Below are positions 10,409 through 19,060 of a stretch of 64,000 nucleotides of DNA, piece after piece (position 1 is the first letter of the stretch; every line of letters starts with the position of its first letter). This DNA is from an uncultured Clostridia bacterium (lineage in GTDB: Bacteria > Bacillota > Clostridia > Christensenellales > UBA1242), in contig CAKVHT010000001.1 of NCBI GenBank assembly GCA_934754375.1, positions 152,532 to 216,531 of the forward strand, read 5' to 3'. Under the pieces are notes generated by a model. That model did not search any database. It was given only the letters and a program-made list of their open reading frames with translations, and was not told the origin of the DNA. A program made the translations under genes and the position numbers.

Positions 10409-12409
10409 ATGGGAAAAATGAAATTATTATCTCCTGCTGGAGATATGGAAAGTTTAAAAATGGCTGTTTTGAATGGCGCAGATGAAGTGTATCTAGGTGT
10501 TAAAGATTTTAATGCCAGAAACATTGAGGGGTTTTCATTAGAAACGTTAAAACAAGCAGTGAATTTTGCCCACATTTATGGAGTAAAAGTTCATTTGGCA
10601 GTTAATATTTTGTTTGCAAATGATGAAATGCAAAATGCAGTTGACCTGGTTGTTGATGCGTATAATCTTGGTGTAGATGCTTTTATTGTTCAAGATTTGG
10701 GGCTTGCTTATTTATTAAATCAAAATTATCCTCAAATTGAATTGCATGCCAGCACTCAAATGGGTTTGCACAATCTTGAAGGGGTTGAACAAGCATTAAA
10801 ATTTGGTTTTAAAAGAGTGGTTTTAGCAAGAGAAACTCCACTTGATGAAATAGCTCGCATAAAACAAAATACCGATGTGGAAATTGAATATTTTGCTCAA
10901 GGTGCTTTATGCGTTTCATTTTCTGGCAATTGCTATATGTCATCTTATATTTTAAATGCAAGTGGCAATCGTGGCAAATGCAAACAATTGTGTCGTCTTC
11001 CTTATGATTTAAGGTTCAATAATAAAGCAATTGCAACTGGTTATTTGTTGAGTGCAAAAGATTTTAACATGATTGACAGGCTTGATGATTTGGCAAAAGC
11101 GGGTGTTACTGCAATTAAAATTGAAGGCAGGGCAAGGCGACCTTATTATGTGGGTGTTGCAACAAGAATTTATAGGCAGGCTTTGGACGGAATTTTGGCT
11201 GATGATGGCGAGTTGCCTTTAGCTTTTAATCGTGGATATACAGAAGGATATTTTAATGGAAATTCTGGTATAATTTCAAAACTTCAAAATCATATTGGTG
11301 TTGAGATTGGTATTGTCGAACGTGTGAAAAAAGGCAAAAGATTTAATGAAATTTTCCTTTCTTCAAACCGAGAGTTGACACCAAAATCAAGTTTTAAATT
11401 TTTTAGAAACGGACAAGAAGTTGCCGTTGTGACTGCGTATGATTTAAGCAAGTCTGGCAATGTATATCGAATCACAACCACAAACAGCGTGCAAAAAGGC
11501 GATACTGTTAATTTGATTAACGATTTTGAACTTGAACAACAAATGATTGCAACCAGTAAAAAAATAAATAAAGATATAAAAATTGTTGCAAAGATTAATC
11601 AACCAATCACAGCATTATTAGAAATAAATGGCACTCAATTCAAAGTTGAAGGTGATATGTTAAGTGAGGCAAAAAATAGTCCATTAACAATTGAAGAACT
11701 ACAAAACAATTTTAAAAAGAATGAGTATTTTAACTTTAATATTAATGCAAATATTGAAAACGTATTTATACCAAAGCAAAAATTAAACGAATTTAGACGT
11801 CAATGTGTGGATAAAATTATTGAGCAATTAACAGCAATAAAGACTGACCCTTTGCAAAAAATTGCTTTAAAACAACCACAGCCAGCAAAACAATTAACCA
11901 ATTTTCAATTTGTTGAAGATACAAGTCAAGATATATATGCTCAAATAATTGTTTTTGACCCTGAAGTTTATAACGAAACTCAGATTTTGGAATATAAACA
12001 AAAGATAGAGTCCACAGGTAGGATTTTTGTGCTGAATTTGCCAAACTTTGCATTGAAACAAGATGTGGAAATATTAAAACGAATTGTGGAAAAACATAAA
12101 ATTTCAGTTTTGGCAAACAATCTTTATTCGCTTGGCTTTAACACAAAAATATATCTTGGTGGCGGAATTAATATCTACAATAATTACTCAGCATCTGTTT
12201 TTAATATACCTTATATTCCAGCAGAAAACATTGAACAACATACAATGCCGTATATGACGTTGCGCCATTGTCCAATGAAAGAACATTTGCATGCAAATTG
12301 CTCTGCTTGTCCATTTAAGGACGGATACGAATATGTTTTAAACACTGGCAAACGATTTAAATTAAAACGTAAAAAACTTTCAACTTGCACATTTTATTTG
12401 ACAGATTAA
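10409..12409 (+). CDS. Peptidase U32 family protein (long form)
   Basis: The N-terminus LLSPAGDMESLKMAVLNGADEVYLG and the E..GNRG..CKQLCR segment are typical of the U32 family. 666 aa. Confidence 0.8.
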   Translation: MGKMKLLSPAGDMESLKMAVLNGADEVYLGVKDFNARNIEGFSLETLKQAVNFAHIYGVKVHLAVNILFANDEMQNAVDLVVDAYNLGVDAFIVQDLGLAYLLNQNYPQIELHASTQMGLHNLEGVEQALKFGFKRVVLARETPLDEIARIKQNTDVEIEYFAQGALCVSFSGNCYMSSYILNASGNRGKCKQLCRLPYDLRFNNKAIATGYLLSAKDFNMIDRLDDLAKAGVTAIKIEGRARRPYYVGVATRIYRQALDGILADDGELPLAFNRGYTEGYFNGNSGIISKLQNHIGVEIGIVERVKKGKRFNEIFLSSNRELTPKSSFKFFRNGQEVAVVTAYDLSKSGNVYRITTTNSVQKGDTVNLINDFELEQQMIATSKKINKDIKIVAKINQPITALLEINGTQFKVEGDMLSEAKNSPLTIEELQNNFKKNEYFNFNINANIENVFIPKQKLNEFRRQCVDKIIEQLTAIKTDPLQKIALKQPQPAKQLTNFQFVEDTSQDIYAQIIVFDPEVYNETQILEYKQKIESTGRIFVLNLPNFALKQDVEILKRIVEKHKISVLANNLYSLGFNTKIYLGGGINIYNNYSASVFNIPYIPAENIEQHTMPYMTLRHCPMKEHLHANCSACPFKDGYEYVLNTGKRFKLKRKKLSTCTFYLTD

Positions 12410-12615
12410 ATTTTGCGCTTGTGCTTGCATATAAAAATAAAACCCTTGTTTATTGAATTTGATGTATGGCAAAAATATGGGATAACTTTAATAGTTGTCT
12501 CATTTTTATTATTTGTTTTTGTAAATTATAAAAATTTAAACAAAAATATTGACAAAATGATTTTACAGTGTTATATTAATAAAGCATTGAGACATATTCG
12601 TTGAATAATTGAATA

Positions 12616-12624
12616 TGCTATAAT
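12616..12624 (+). promoter_or_regulatory. Extended -10 promoter element (TGcTATAAT) for tRNA-fMet
   Basis: TGnTATAAT ends 10 nt before the mature tRNA 5' end. Confidence 0.4.
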
Positions 12625-12634
12625 GTGAATATAT

Positions 12635-12711
12635 CGCGGGGTGGAGCAGCACGGCAGCTCGTCGGGCTCATAACCCGAAGGTCGTTGGTTCAAATCCAAC
12701 CCCCGCAACCA
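12635..12711 (+). tRNA. Initiator tRNA-fMet (anticodon CAU)
   Basis: The sequence CGCGGGGTGGAGCAGC...GGGCTCATAACCCG...GGTTCAAATCCAACCCCCGCAACCA carries a C1:A72 mismatch. The three G:C pairs of the anticodon stem and an encoded CCA are present. It is near-identical in pattern to bacterial initiator tRNA. Confidence 0.92.
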
Positions 12712-12717
12712 AATAAG

Positions 12718-12744
12718 GCAAGTTTTAAAAGACTTGCTTTTTTA
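12718..12744 (+). terminator. Rho-independent terminator after tRNA-fMet
   Basis: gcaagt-8 nt-acttgc stem followed by a T-run. Confidence 0.6.
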
Positions 12745-12781
12745 TTATTAGACCGAGGGTTATACGAAGTATAAATAGCGA

Positions 12782-12815
12782 AAGGTCGTTGGTTCAAATC
12801 CAACCCCCGCAACCA
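12782..12815 (+). repeat. Exact 34-nt direct repeat of the tRNA-fMet 3' end (copy of 12678..12711), att-like
   Basis: aaggtcgttggttcaaatccaacccccgcaacca occurs twice, 104 nt apart start to start. The second copy lacks the 5' half of the tRNA. Confidence 0.9.
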
Positions 12816-12818
12816 GCA

Positions 12819-12842
12819 AACAACCGGAAGGTTGTTTTTTTT
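12819..12842 (+). terminator. Second rho-independent terminator, after the partial tRNA copy
   Basis: aacaacc-ggaa-ggttgtt stem followed by a T-run. Confidence 0.6.
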
Positions 12843-13021
12843 GTTGGCTTATTGAATGTTGAAATAGTTGAAAATAATAATGGCTACCGCTGATTAAATT
12901 GTATAATGTTGGCTAAAACTATCAAGTTTTGTGGGTTTATAATTTATTGTAAATTGTTTTCTTTTGGTGGCGATATTTTTTAATCAATCTGCTAGTAGTG
13001 TTATTACTTTTATTTTCCATA

Positions 13022-13049
13022 TTGACAAATAAAAATGTTGATTTATAAT
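13022..13049 (+). promoter_or_regulatory. Consensus sigma-A promoter TTGACA-16-TATAAT; predicts a leaderless transcript starting at ATG 13056
   Basis: TTGACA at 13022-13027 and TATAAT at 13044-13049, with 6 nt to ATG 13056. No SD precedes either candidate ATG (13035 or 13056). Confidence 0.55.
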
Positions 13050-13055
13050 AGAAAT

Positions 13056-13685
13056 ATGGAAACAAATGAAGATATTTTTAAGTTGATTAAAATTTTAACA
13101 CGCAGTGTTGTTAATGATTCAAAAATTGAAAGTGAGTATAATGGCGATAGTTTGGTTATGGGCAATACAAAATACATTTTAAATCAAACATTAAGACAAT
13201 TGACTTTGCCAGACGAAAACATTTATATATCAAATAAAGCATACGAATTATGGCAAAAGATAAGTCCAAAAAACTATGATATACGAGAAGTGAACTACAA
13301 GCAAAAAATTATCTGCGAAAACATTGAGCCAATAAAGGTGAAAGTTTATAAGGGAAGCAATTTAACCCCTGAAACAGAAGAACTGACATTGCAAAAAGGT
13401 GTGGAATTTGTTTATAATGATGTTTTTCATGAAGACCACATAATTCCTGTTTCGCAAATCATTAAAAAGCTTTGCGAACTTGAAAAGGCTAATAAAGTGA
13501 CAAATGAGAACATTTTAAAAATATTGAATAGCATAACAATATGTAAGATGCTTAAAGATGAAGATAGAAATATTCATGAAAGAAGCAAAAGACCACAAAG
13601 CACTGATGAGATTATAGATAAAATTTATGGTTCCAAAGTGCAAATAAGAAGATTGATTGATATTGAAAACGAAAAAACACTCTAA
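13056..13685 (+). CDS. Hypothetical protein with HNH/His-Me-finger-like motif
   Basis: The motif FHEDHIIPVSQI...ILNSITICKMLKDEDRNIHE resembles the H-x-DH-I-x-P core of HNH/DUF1524-type nucleases. The start is ambiguous: the track start at 13035 lies inside the promoter spacer. Confidence 0.45.
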   Translation: METNEDIFKLIKILTRSVVNDSKIESEYNGDSLVMGNTKYILNQTLRQLTLPDENIYISNKAYELWQKISPKNYDIREVNYKQKIICENIEPIKVKVYKGSNLTPETEELTLQKGVEFVYNDVFHEDHIIPVSQIIKKLCELEKANKVTNENILKILNSITICKMLKDEDRNIHERSKRPQSTDEIIDKIYGSKVQIRRLIDIENEKTL

Positions 13686-13710
13686 TTAAATTTAGAGTGC
13701 TTTTTATTTT
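13678..13710. terminator. Hairpin terminator overlapping the stop codon, possibly bidirectional
   Basis: cactcta-8 nt-tagagtg stem, with an A-run before and a T-run after. Confidence 0.5.
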
Positions 13711-13784
13711 ATGCTTGTCTATTTAAAACAAAGTATTTTAACCAAACTTAAAGTTTTGCTTCAAGATTGATTTATTTTAGTGGA

Positions 13785-15797
13785 CTAGAACAAATCATCG
13801 TCATCATCTTCATCGTTTTGTTTAGCAAGTGTGCTGTTGCGTTGTTTAATATCGTAATAAACAGCGTCTTCATCAAACATACGTTTTTCTTGATATTGAC
13901 CATAAACACGTGTTGTGTTGTAGATTTTTGATTTGAAGTATGGTGTGATAACTGTTTTTAAGCAAGCGTTTGGTTCAAATGTTTTGATAACAATTTGCCC
14001 TTTATCCCTAAATGACATAAGTTCTTCAGGGTATGCAATAGGAATTGATTTTACAACATTGCTTGTTGAAGTGCTTTCTTTTCCGTCTGGGCCCTTTGAT
14101 TTGTTTTCATTTGTTTCAACAATTGTCTTTTTGCCCAAAAGTTCACTGAATTCTTTGTTTGTAGTGGTGTCTTCTGATGCAATGTAAATTTGTATAGGGC
14201 AGTTGTCTTTGATGATTTTGCCTTCGTCTTGACCATAAACTTGGTATAGTTGGCTATAAGACTGAACGCAAAGTTCAAAGAATATACCACGGCTACGGCC
14301 AACTGTCATGATTGAGCCGAATTCTGGGAATTTTGGCATATTACCAAATTCATCAAGCATGAAGTAAACATGACGTTTAAGTTCGCCACCTATTTGTTGC
14401 GCTTTATCAACCAATTTTTTGTAAAGTTGTGTTACAAACAATATTGCAAGAGGGTAACGAGTGCGCACTTCATCAGGAATAATAAGGAAGATTGCTGTAG
14501 GCTTTTCGTCCATATTCACAAAATCAATTTCGCTGTGACAGGTTAAGAAACTGATACCTGTATCGCTGAACAATGCTGTTTTGCTTGACACAAAGCCCAT
14601 GTAGTTTTTTGTTGTGCTTTCTGCGTTGTTAAGTGCTGTTGAAGCCAAATCGTGAACTTTGCTGAATTTGCTTCTATAATCGAACAAATATTTTTTAAGT
14701 GTTGCATAAGTGTCACGTCCGCTATCTGTCATGTTACAAATCTTGTAAACATTATAGAGGTTGTATTTTTCACGAGTCATGCCCAATTCAGGCACACGGC
14801 TATCTTCAAGCATAGCAAGCATAACAGCATGGATTAATCTTTGTGCAGTTCTTTCCCATGATGGGTCTTTTGTGCTTTCAATTGGTGCAAGTGTTGTGCA
14901 TATATCATTTAAAGCAGTGTATGTTTTGTCTTGAAGTTCACGGCTTGTTACACGCATATCATTTTCAAGTTTGTCTTTATCAGCATAAGCAAAGTTGTTA
15001 AATTCAAACCATGTTGTTTGAGTGAAATCAAAAGGACGTTGAATGATCAAATTGTATTGTTTAGGATTATCTCCCGGTGGGTGAACTTTAACCTCTTTTT
15101 CCAGATGATAACTCCTTTGATACATATCATAAGGGTAAGATAATGGGTTCCATTGTACACTTGAGAATGGGTCACGCAAATTTACAACTTTAACATCATA
15201 ACCCTCTTCCAAAAACTTGTTGCAACATTTGTCATACAATTCGCCTTTGGGGTCGGTTATAACAAAAGAAGGTTTTGAGGCGGTCATACTCATTAATTGT
15301 AAACTTGGCACAACAAATCTTGATGTTTTACCAGAAGAAGTTGTACCTACAACCAAAGTGTGAATAGGATTAACAAAGTTGATGTCCATTTTGTTATGAT
15401 TTTCTTCTGCACGTATCAAAATGCCATCTTTTTTACAACTTTGGATTGAACTTAATGTATTATAATTGAAGCCAGCAATCTTTTTTAAGTCTTCGTCAGT
15501 TAAAAAGTCACGGTTAAAGAACTGAGTTGTGTCTCTGCCTTTTGTGTCCTTAACTTTGTCTTCGGCCTTATCACTGCTTTTGCTTTTTGTTTTTCCATCA
15601 AGGATACGCATAAGGTCAATGACAAGCACACTACCGCAAACCAACAAAACGATTACAATTGGTGTGGTTGTGCCCATGTAACGAATGTTGAATCCAAATG
15701 AACCATCTTTCAAATATGTTACAAGGATAATGCTTCCAACAAATGCTAAAGCAAAAACAATAAGATATTTTAAAATAACCTTTAAAACTTTTTTCAT
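13785..15797 (-). CDS. Type IV coupling protein, VirD4/TraG family
   Basis: Two N-terminal TMs. Walker A is VVGTTSSGKTSRF, followed by FVITDPKGELY. Walker B is VYFMLDEFGNMP. The tail is acidic (DEDDDDDLF). SD aaggaa precedes the ATG at 15797, so the track start at 15824 is less likely. Confidence 0.85.
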   Translation of the reverse strand: MKKVLKVILKYLIVFALAFVGSIILVTYLKDGSFGFNIRYMGTTTPIVIVLLVCGSVLVIDLMRILDGKTKSKSSDKAEDKVKDTKGRDTTQFFNRDFLTDEDLKKIAGFNYNTLSSIQSCKKDGILIRAEENHNKMDINFVNPIHTLVVGTTSSGKTSRFVVPSLQLMSMTASKPSFVITDPKGELYDKCCNKFLEEGYDVKVVNLRDPFSSVQWNPLSYPYDMYQRSYHLEKEVKVHPPGDNPKQYNLIIQRPFDFTQTTWFEFNNFAYADKDKLENDMRVTSRELQDKTYTALNDICTTLAPIESTKDPSWERTAQRLIHAVMLAMLEDSRVPELGMTREKYNLYNVYKICNMTDSGRDTYATLKKYLFDYRSKFSKVHDLASTALNNAESTTKNYMGFVSSKTALFSDTGISFLTCHSEIDFVNMDEKPTAIFLIIPDEVRTRYPLAILFVTQLYKKLVDKAQQIGGELKRHVYFMLDEFGNMPKFPEFGSIMTVGRSRGIFFELCVQSYSQLYQVYGQDEGKIIKDNCPIQIYIASEDTTTNKEFSELLGKKTIVETNENKSKGPDGKESTSTSNVVKSIPIAYPEELMSFRDKGQIVIKTFEPNACLKTVITPYFKSKIYNTTRVYGQYQEKRMFDEDAVYYDIKQRNSTLAKQNDEDDDDDLF

Positions 15798-16271
15798 AAT
15801 GTTCCTTTTTGTAATATAAATCATTTTAAATGAAGCTCAAATATTTGTCAACCAAAATGCTATTAGTTATACTTTGACAAACAGCAAGTAAAAAGAATAA
15901 ATTAAAATTTAAATTAATGATAATTATATTTAATATCAATTAAAAAACCTTAAAAACTCAATAATGAATAAACAAAAGATTTTTACACAAAATATTTTTG
16001 CTAAATAGGATAAATAGCCACAAAAATTCAACAAAAAACGGTTGCAAACATTGTAATAACTGATTTTTGTGAATATTTAACAGCAAAAATAAGAAACTAA
16101 ATTAAAAATTATCAAAAAAATATTTTTAAAATAAAAAAACAAATTATATAGGATTGTAAAAAATTTTAAAAAAAATGTAAAATTTAGTTGATTTTAATTT
16201 TTGATATTGTTAATATTGTCATATATTACAGCACAGGTTAAGCATTCTTGTGTGGTTTAAGGGGGAAAATT

Positions 16272-16562
16272 ATGAATATGTTTTTGGAAGCAGTGCCACA
16301 ATGGATCAACACTTTAACAAATGCAATGACAAACGTTATTAACCCAGTTTTGATTGTTGTTGCAACTGCTGGTATCATCTATGCAATTTGGGTTGGTATC
16401 AAGTTTGTTAGAGCAGAAGATAAATCTGCACGTGACGAAGCAAAAGCAAAACTCATTTCAGTTATCGTTGGTATCGTTGTAACTGGTTTGTTGATTGCCT
16501 TATTCTATTGGTTGGCTTATGCAATCAAAGAAGGAATCATTTCATTTGATACTTGGTACTAA
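16272..16562 (+). CDS. Small two-TM T4SS membrane subunit, VirB2/TrbC-like (or Maff2/TcpD-like)
   Basis: SD aaggggga precedes ATG 16272. This is a 96-aa hairpin protein: TM1 (PVLIVVATAGIIYAIWVGIKFV), a charged loop (RAEDKSARDEAKAK), then TM2. It lies in a T4SS neighbourhood. Confidence 0.45.
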   Translation: MNMFLEAVPQWINTLTNAMTNVINPVLIVVATAGIIYAIWVGIKFVRAEDKSARDEAKAKLISVIVGIVVTGLLIALFYWLAYAIKEGIISFDTWY

Positions 16563-16588
16563 AATTAGTAAATGTTAAAAAAAGGTTA

Positions 16589-16612
16589 AAGCGAATTTGT
16601 GTTCGCTTTTTC
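16589..16612 (+). terminator. Rho-independent terminator after the pilin-like gene
   Basis: agcgaa-6 nt-ttcgct stem plus a T-run. Confidence 0.55.
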
Positions 16613-16633
16613 TTATAAAAATTTGGGGGATTT

Positions 16634-17002
16634 ATGAAGAAAAATTTTTTAAAAGTGGTTTTAACACTTGTTTTATGTTGCACTTGTGCTTTGCTTGTTG
16701 CTGGTTGTGAAGAGAACAAAGATTGGCAAACATTGACAATAAGTGGCGAACCATCAACATGTTCAGTTTATGAAAGAAAAGATAATGAAACATTCCAAGA
16801 TTGGTCAAACAATGTTTTTTCATCAGTGACATTTACTTACACTAATACAAGGAATGATGCAGAAAGTTTTACTTGCACTGGCTTAAAAGAATTTAGGGCA
16901 AAGGGTGGCATTTTGTCATTCAATCCAAACACAGTTGGTGAACATACTGCACAGTTTAGTTATAATGGTGTGAAAGTTGAAATCAAAATCACTGTTGCTT
17001 AA
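16634..17002 (+). CDS. Small lipoprotein (T4SS-associated)
   Basis: The signal peptide carries the canonical lipobox LLVAGC. SD is ggggga. 122 aa. Confidence 0.7.
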   Translation: MKKNFLKVVLTLVLCCTCALLVAGCEENKDWQTLTISGEPSTCSVYERKDNETFQDWSNNVFSSVTFTYTNTRNDAESFTCTGLKEFRAKGGILSFNPNTVGEHTAQFSYNGVKVEIKITVA

Positions 17003-17011
17003 TTAATATTT

Positions 17012-17035
17012 AAAAGGGCGGTTTGCCCTTTTTTT
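17012..17035 (+). terminator. Rho-independent terminator after the lipoprotein gene
   Basis: gggc-ggttt-gccc stem between an A-run and T7. Confidence 0.55.
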
Positions 17036-17243
17036 GTTTGCAAGTGAAAGATAAAAAACTGTTTCACAATTCTTTTTAAAATTATCAAAGACAATGATAT
17101 ATATTTGATTTACAAAATAAATAAAAATATTTGTTTTTTTGCATTTTTATTGGTATAATAAATTTAATTAAGTTTTTAAATTTTAGCATTTAGTGTTTTT
17201 ACAGTTTAATATTCATTTCAAATCTATAAAAGGAGGTGCAAAC

Positions 17244-18731
17244 GTGGACGAGGATAACAAGTTTGATTATAACGGCGAAGACTCAGAGCAACAATCAGAA
17301 CTTGAAGCTCAACAACAGGAAGAAGAACAAGAACTTGAAGAGCAAGAAGCGGAAGAACAAGCAATTGAAGAAGCATTGACGTTTGAAGAACAGGCTTTGC
17401 GTTTGCACATGACAACTCAATTGGCAAAGATTGACCAAAAAGTCAAATTAAGTCAAGTTCCAATTTTGTCTCAAAGAGAAAAACAAACATTGGCACAAGC
17501 AAAAAAAATGCCAGACCAAAAATTAAAAGCTCATACGATTGAAGTTACAAGATGGTCAAAAATCAAATCATTCTTTTTAAAAATTATCCAAAGCATTTCA
17601 CCAGCAATACCATACATTTTATATGGCTTGGCTATTATCCTTGCAATTATTGCAGTGGCGGTTGCCATTGACTATATTTTTGCTTCTATTTTTGGCGGTG
17701 GCGGAACAGGTGGCGGTTCAGGTTCTGGTGGAGGAATGAACAGTGCGTTTGGCGCAACGGGCAAAGATTTTTATGCAGTAAGGCTTGTTTATAAAGATGA
17801 TGAACAAGCAAGCAAATTTATTTTAAACGATTATTCATCAATCATATACGATGCAATTGACAATGTCCAAAATGGCGAAAATTACACTGTTACCATTAAT
17901 CTAACATTGCCAGAAGATAGAAATGCCGATTATAATGAAGAAACTGCAGATGAAAAAATCAAAAATGTTATGCGTAAGCTTGTTGTTTCTGCTTATATTT
18001 ACGACAATCCAGATTATGATTCACAAGCAATTGATTTTTCAACATTAACATTGTCAAAAATTGCCGAAGGTATCAAATATTTTGGTTTAAACACTGATTT
18101 GATCAGTACGTTTAAAGGTGAAATTGTATCAAATTTCTTATTGTTCAATTTTAATCAGCCTGATGGTGTTATAAGTTATGTTTCAACAGGCGAAACTGAA
18201 GTTGATGCAGAAACAGTAAAAGCAAATATCGCATCTGCCCTTGACGCATATTTTGCAACAATAAGTACTGTAAGAAGTGAAAAATATTTTGTTAAAGATT
18301 GTGTGCTGTCAAACAATGACATGCTTAAAGATGTGCAACAAAAAAATTATGTTGCCATGATGTATTTGCCAAAAAGGGATGTAAGGTTCAAAACCTTGTC
18401 AATTTATGCTTATGGCATTGATACTGAAAATTTTGGTGTCATTTTTAACAATCAACTTATCACTAAGTATGAAGAATGGCCTGTTGATGATAATAAAACA
18501 ATGTATAATTACAGCCTTGGTTCACCGTCAGCCAGTGCAGTAACAGGCTATGACCCAAATTCAGCATTGACCACACCAACAGCGGTTTATAAACTTGTTG
18601 GCACACAAAATGCTGATAATTACACGATGATTGATGAAAACGGAATTTATACCTATAAAGATTTTGGCATGGTTATAAAATTCTATTCAAATCAGGCATT
18701 TAGTTTTGTTGATGAAGTTACACTCAAGTAG
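17244..18731 (+). CDS. Bitopic membrane protein of unknown function (T4SS-associated)
   Basis: The likely start is GTG 17244, 7 nt after SD aaggagg. It has an acidic E/Q-rich N-terminus and one TM (AIPYILYGLAIILAIIAVAVAIDYIF). A Gly-rich linker (GGGGTGGGSGSGGG) follows, then a ~310-aa ectodomain with no recognised motif. Confidence 0.6.
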   Translation: MDEDNKFDYNGEDSEQQSELEAQQQEEEQELEEQEAEEQAIEEALTFEEQALRLHMTTQLAKIDQKVKLSQVPILSQREKQTLAQAKKMPDQKLKAHTIEVTRWSKIKSFFLKIIQSISPAIPYILYGLAIILAIIAVAVAIDYIFASIFGGGGTGGGSGSGGGMNSAFGATGKDFYAVRLVYKDDEQASKFILNDYSSIIYDAIDNVQNGENYTVTINLTLPEDRNADYNEETADEKIKNVMRKLVVSAYIYDNPDYDSQAIDFSTLTLSKIAEGIKYFGLNTDLISTFKGEIVSNFLLFNFNQPDGVISYVSTGETEVDAETVKANIASALDAYFATISTVRSEKYFVKDCVLSNNDMLKDVQQKNYVAMMYLPKRDVRFKTLSIYAYGIDTENFGVIFNNQLITKYEEWPVDDNKTMYNYSLGSPSASAVTGYDPNSALTTPTAVYKLVGTQNADNYTMIDENGIYTYKDFGMVIKFYSNQAFSFVDEVTLK

Positions 18732-18743
18732 TGTAACTTTTTT
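18717..18743 (+). terminator. Rho-independent terminator overlapping the stop codon
   Basis: gttacact-5 nt-agtgtaac stem plus T6. Confidence 0.6.
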
Positions 18744-19060
18744 GTGATTAGCAACAAATCAGATTTAAGAGTGTCATCAAAACAAAACTGCTTATTATAT
18801 TGCGTTAAAAATTTAACTTAATTGATAACTGTGTAATCAAGTTTTATGTGTGAATTTTTGATTGGAAAAAACAAAAAAGCAAAATTATTAAATATTCACT
18901 TAAAAATCAGAAAGAATATAAGCAAAAATTGCATTTTTTTGTTGTATTTATTTGTTTAATTATGCTTTTTAGTATATAATAATACTAAATATATTCGGCT
19001 TTTATGTGCTTTAATTTATTTGCTTTGTGATAAATCGCAAAGATACAAAAGGGGAGTTTT

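Noticed and set aside
12413-12604. 63-aa ORF between the U32 gene and tRNA-fMet
   Set aside because: It has no SD and a hydrophobic, low-complexity translation typical of AT-rich spacer. The region is better explained as the tRNA promoter region (TTGACA at 12549, extended -10 at 12616).
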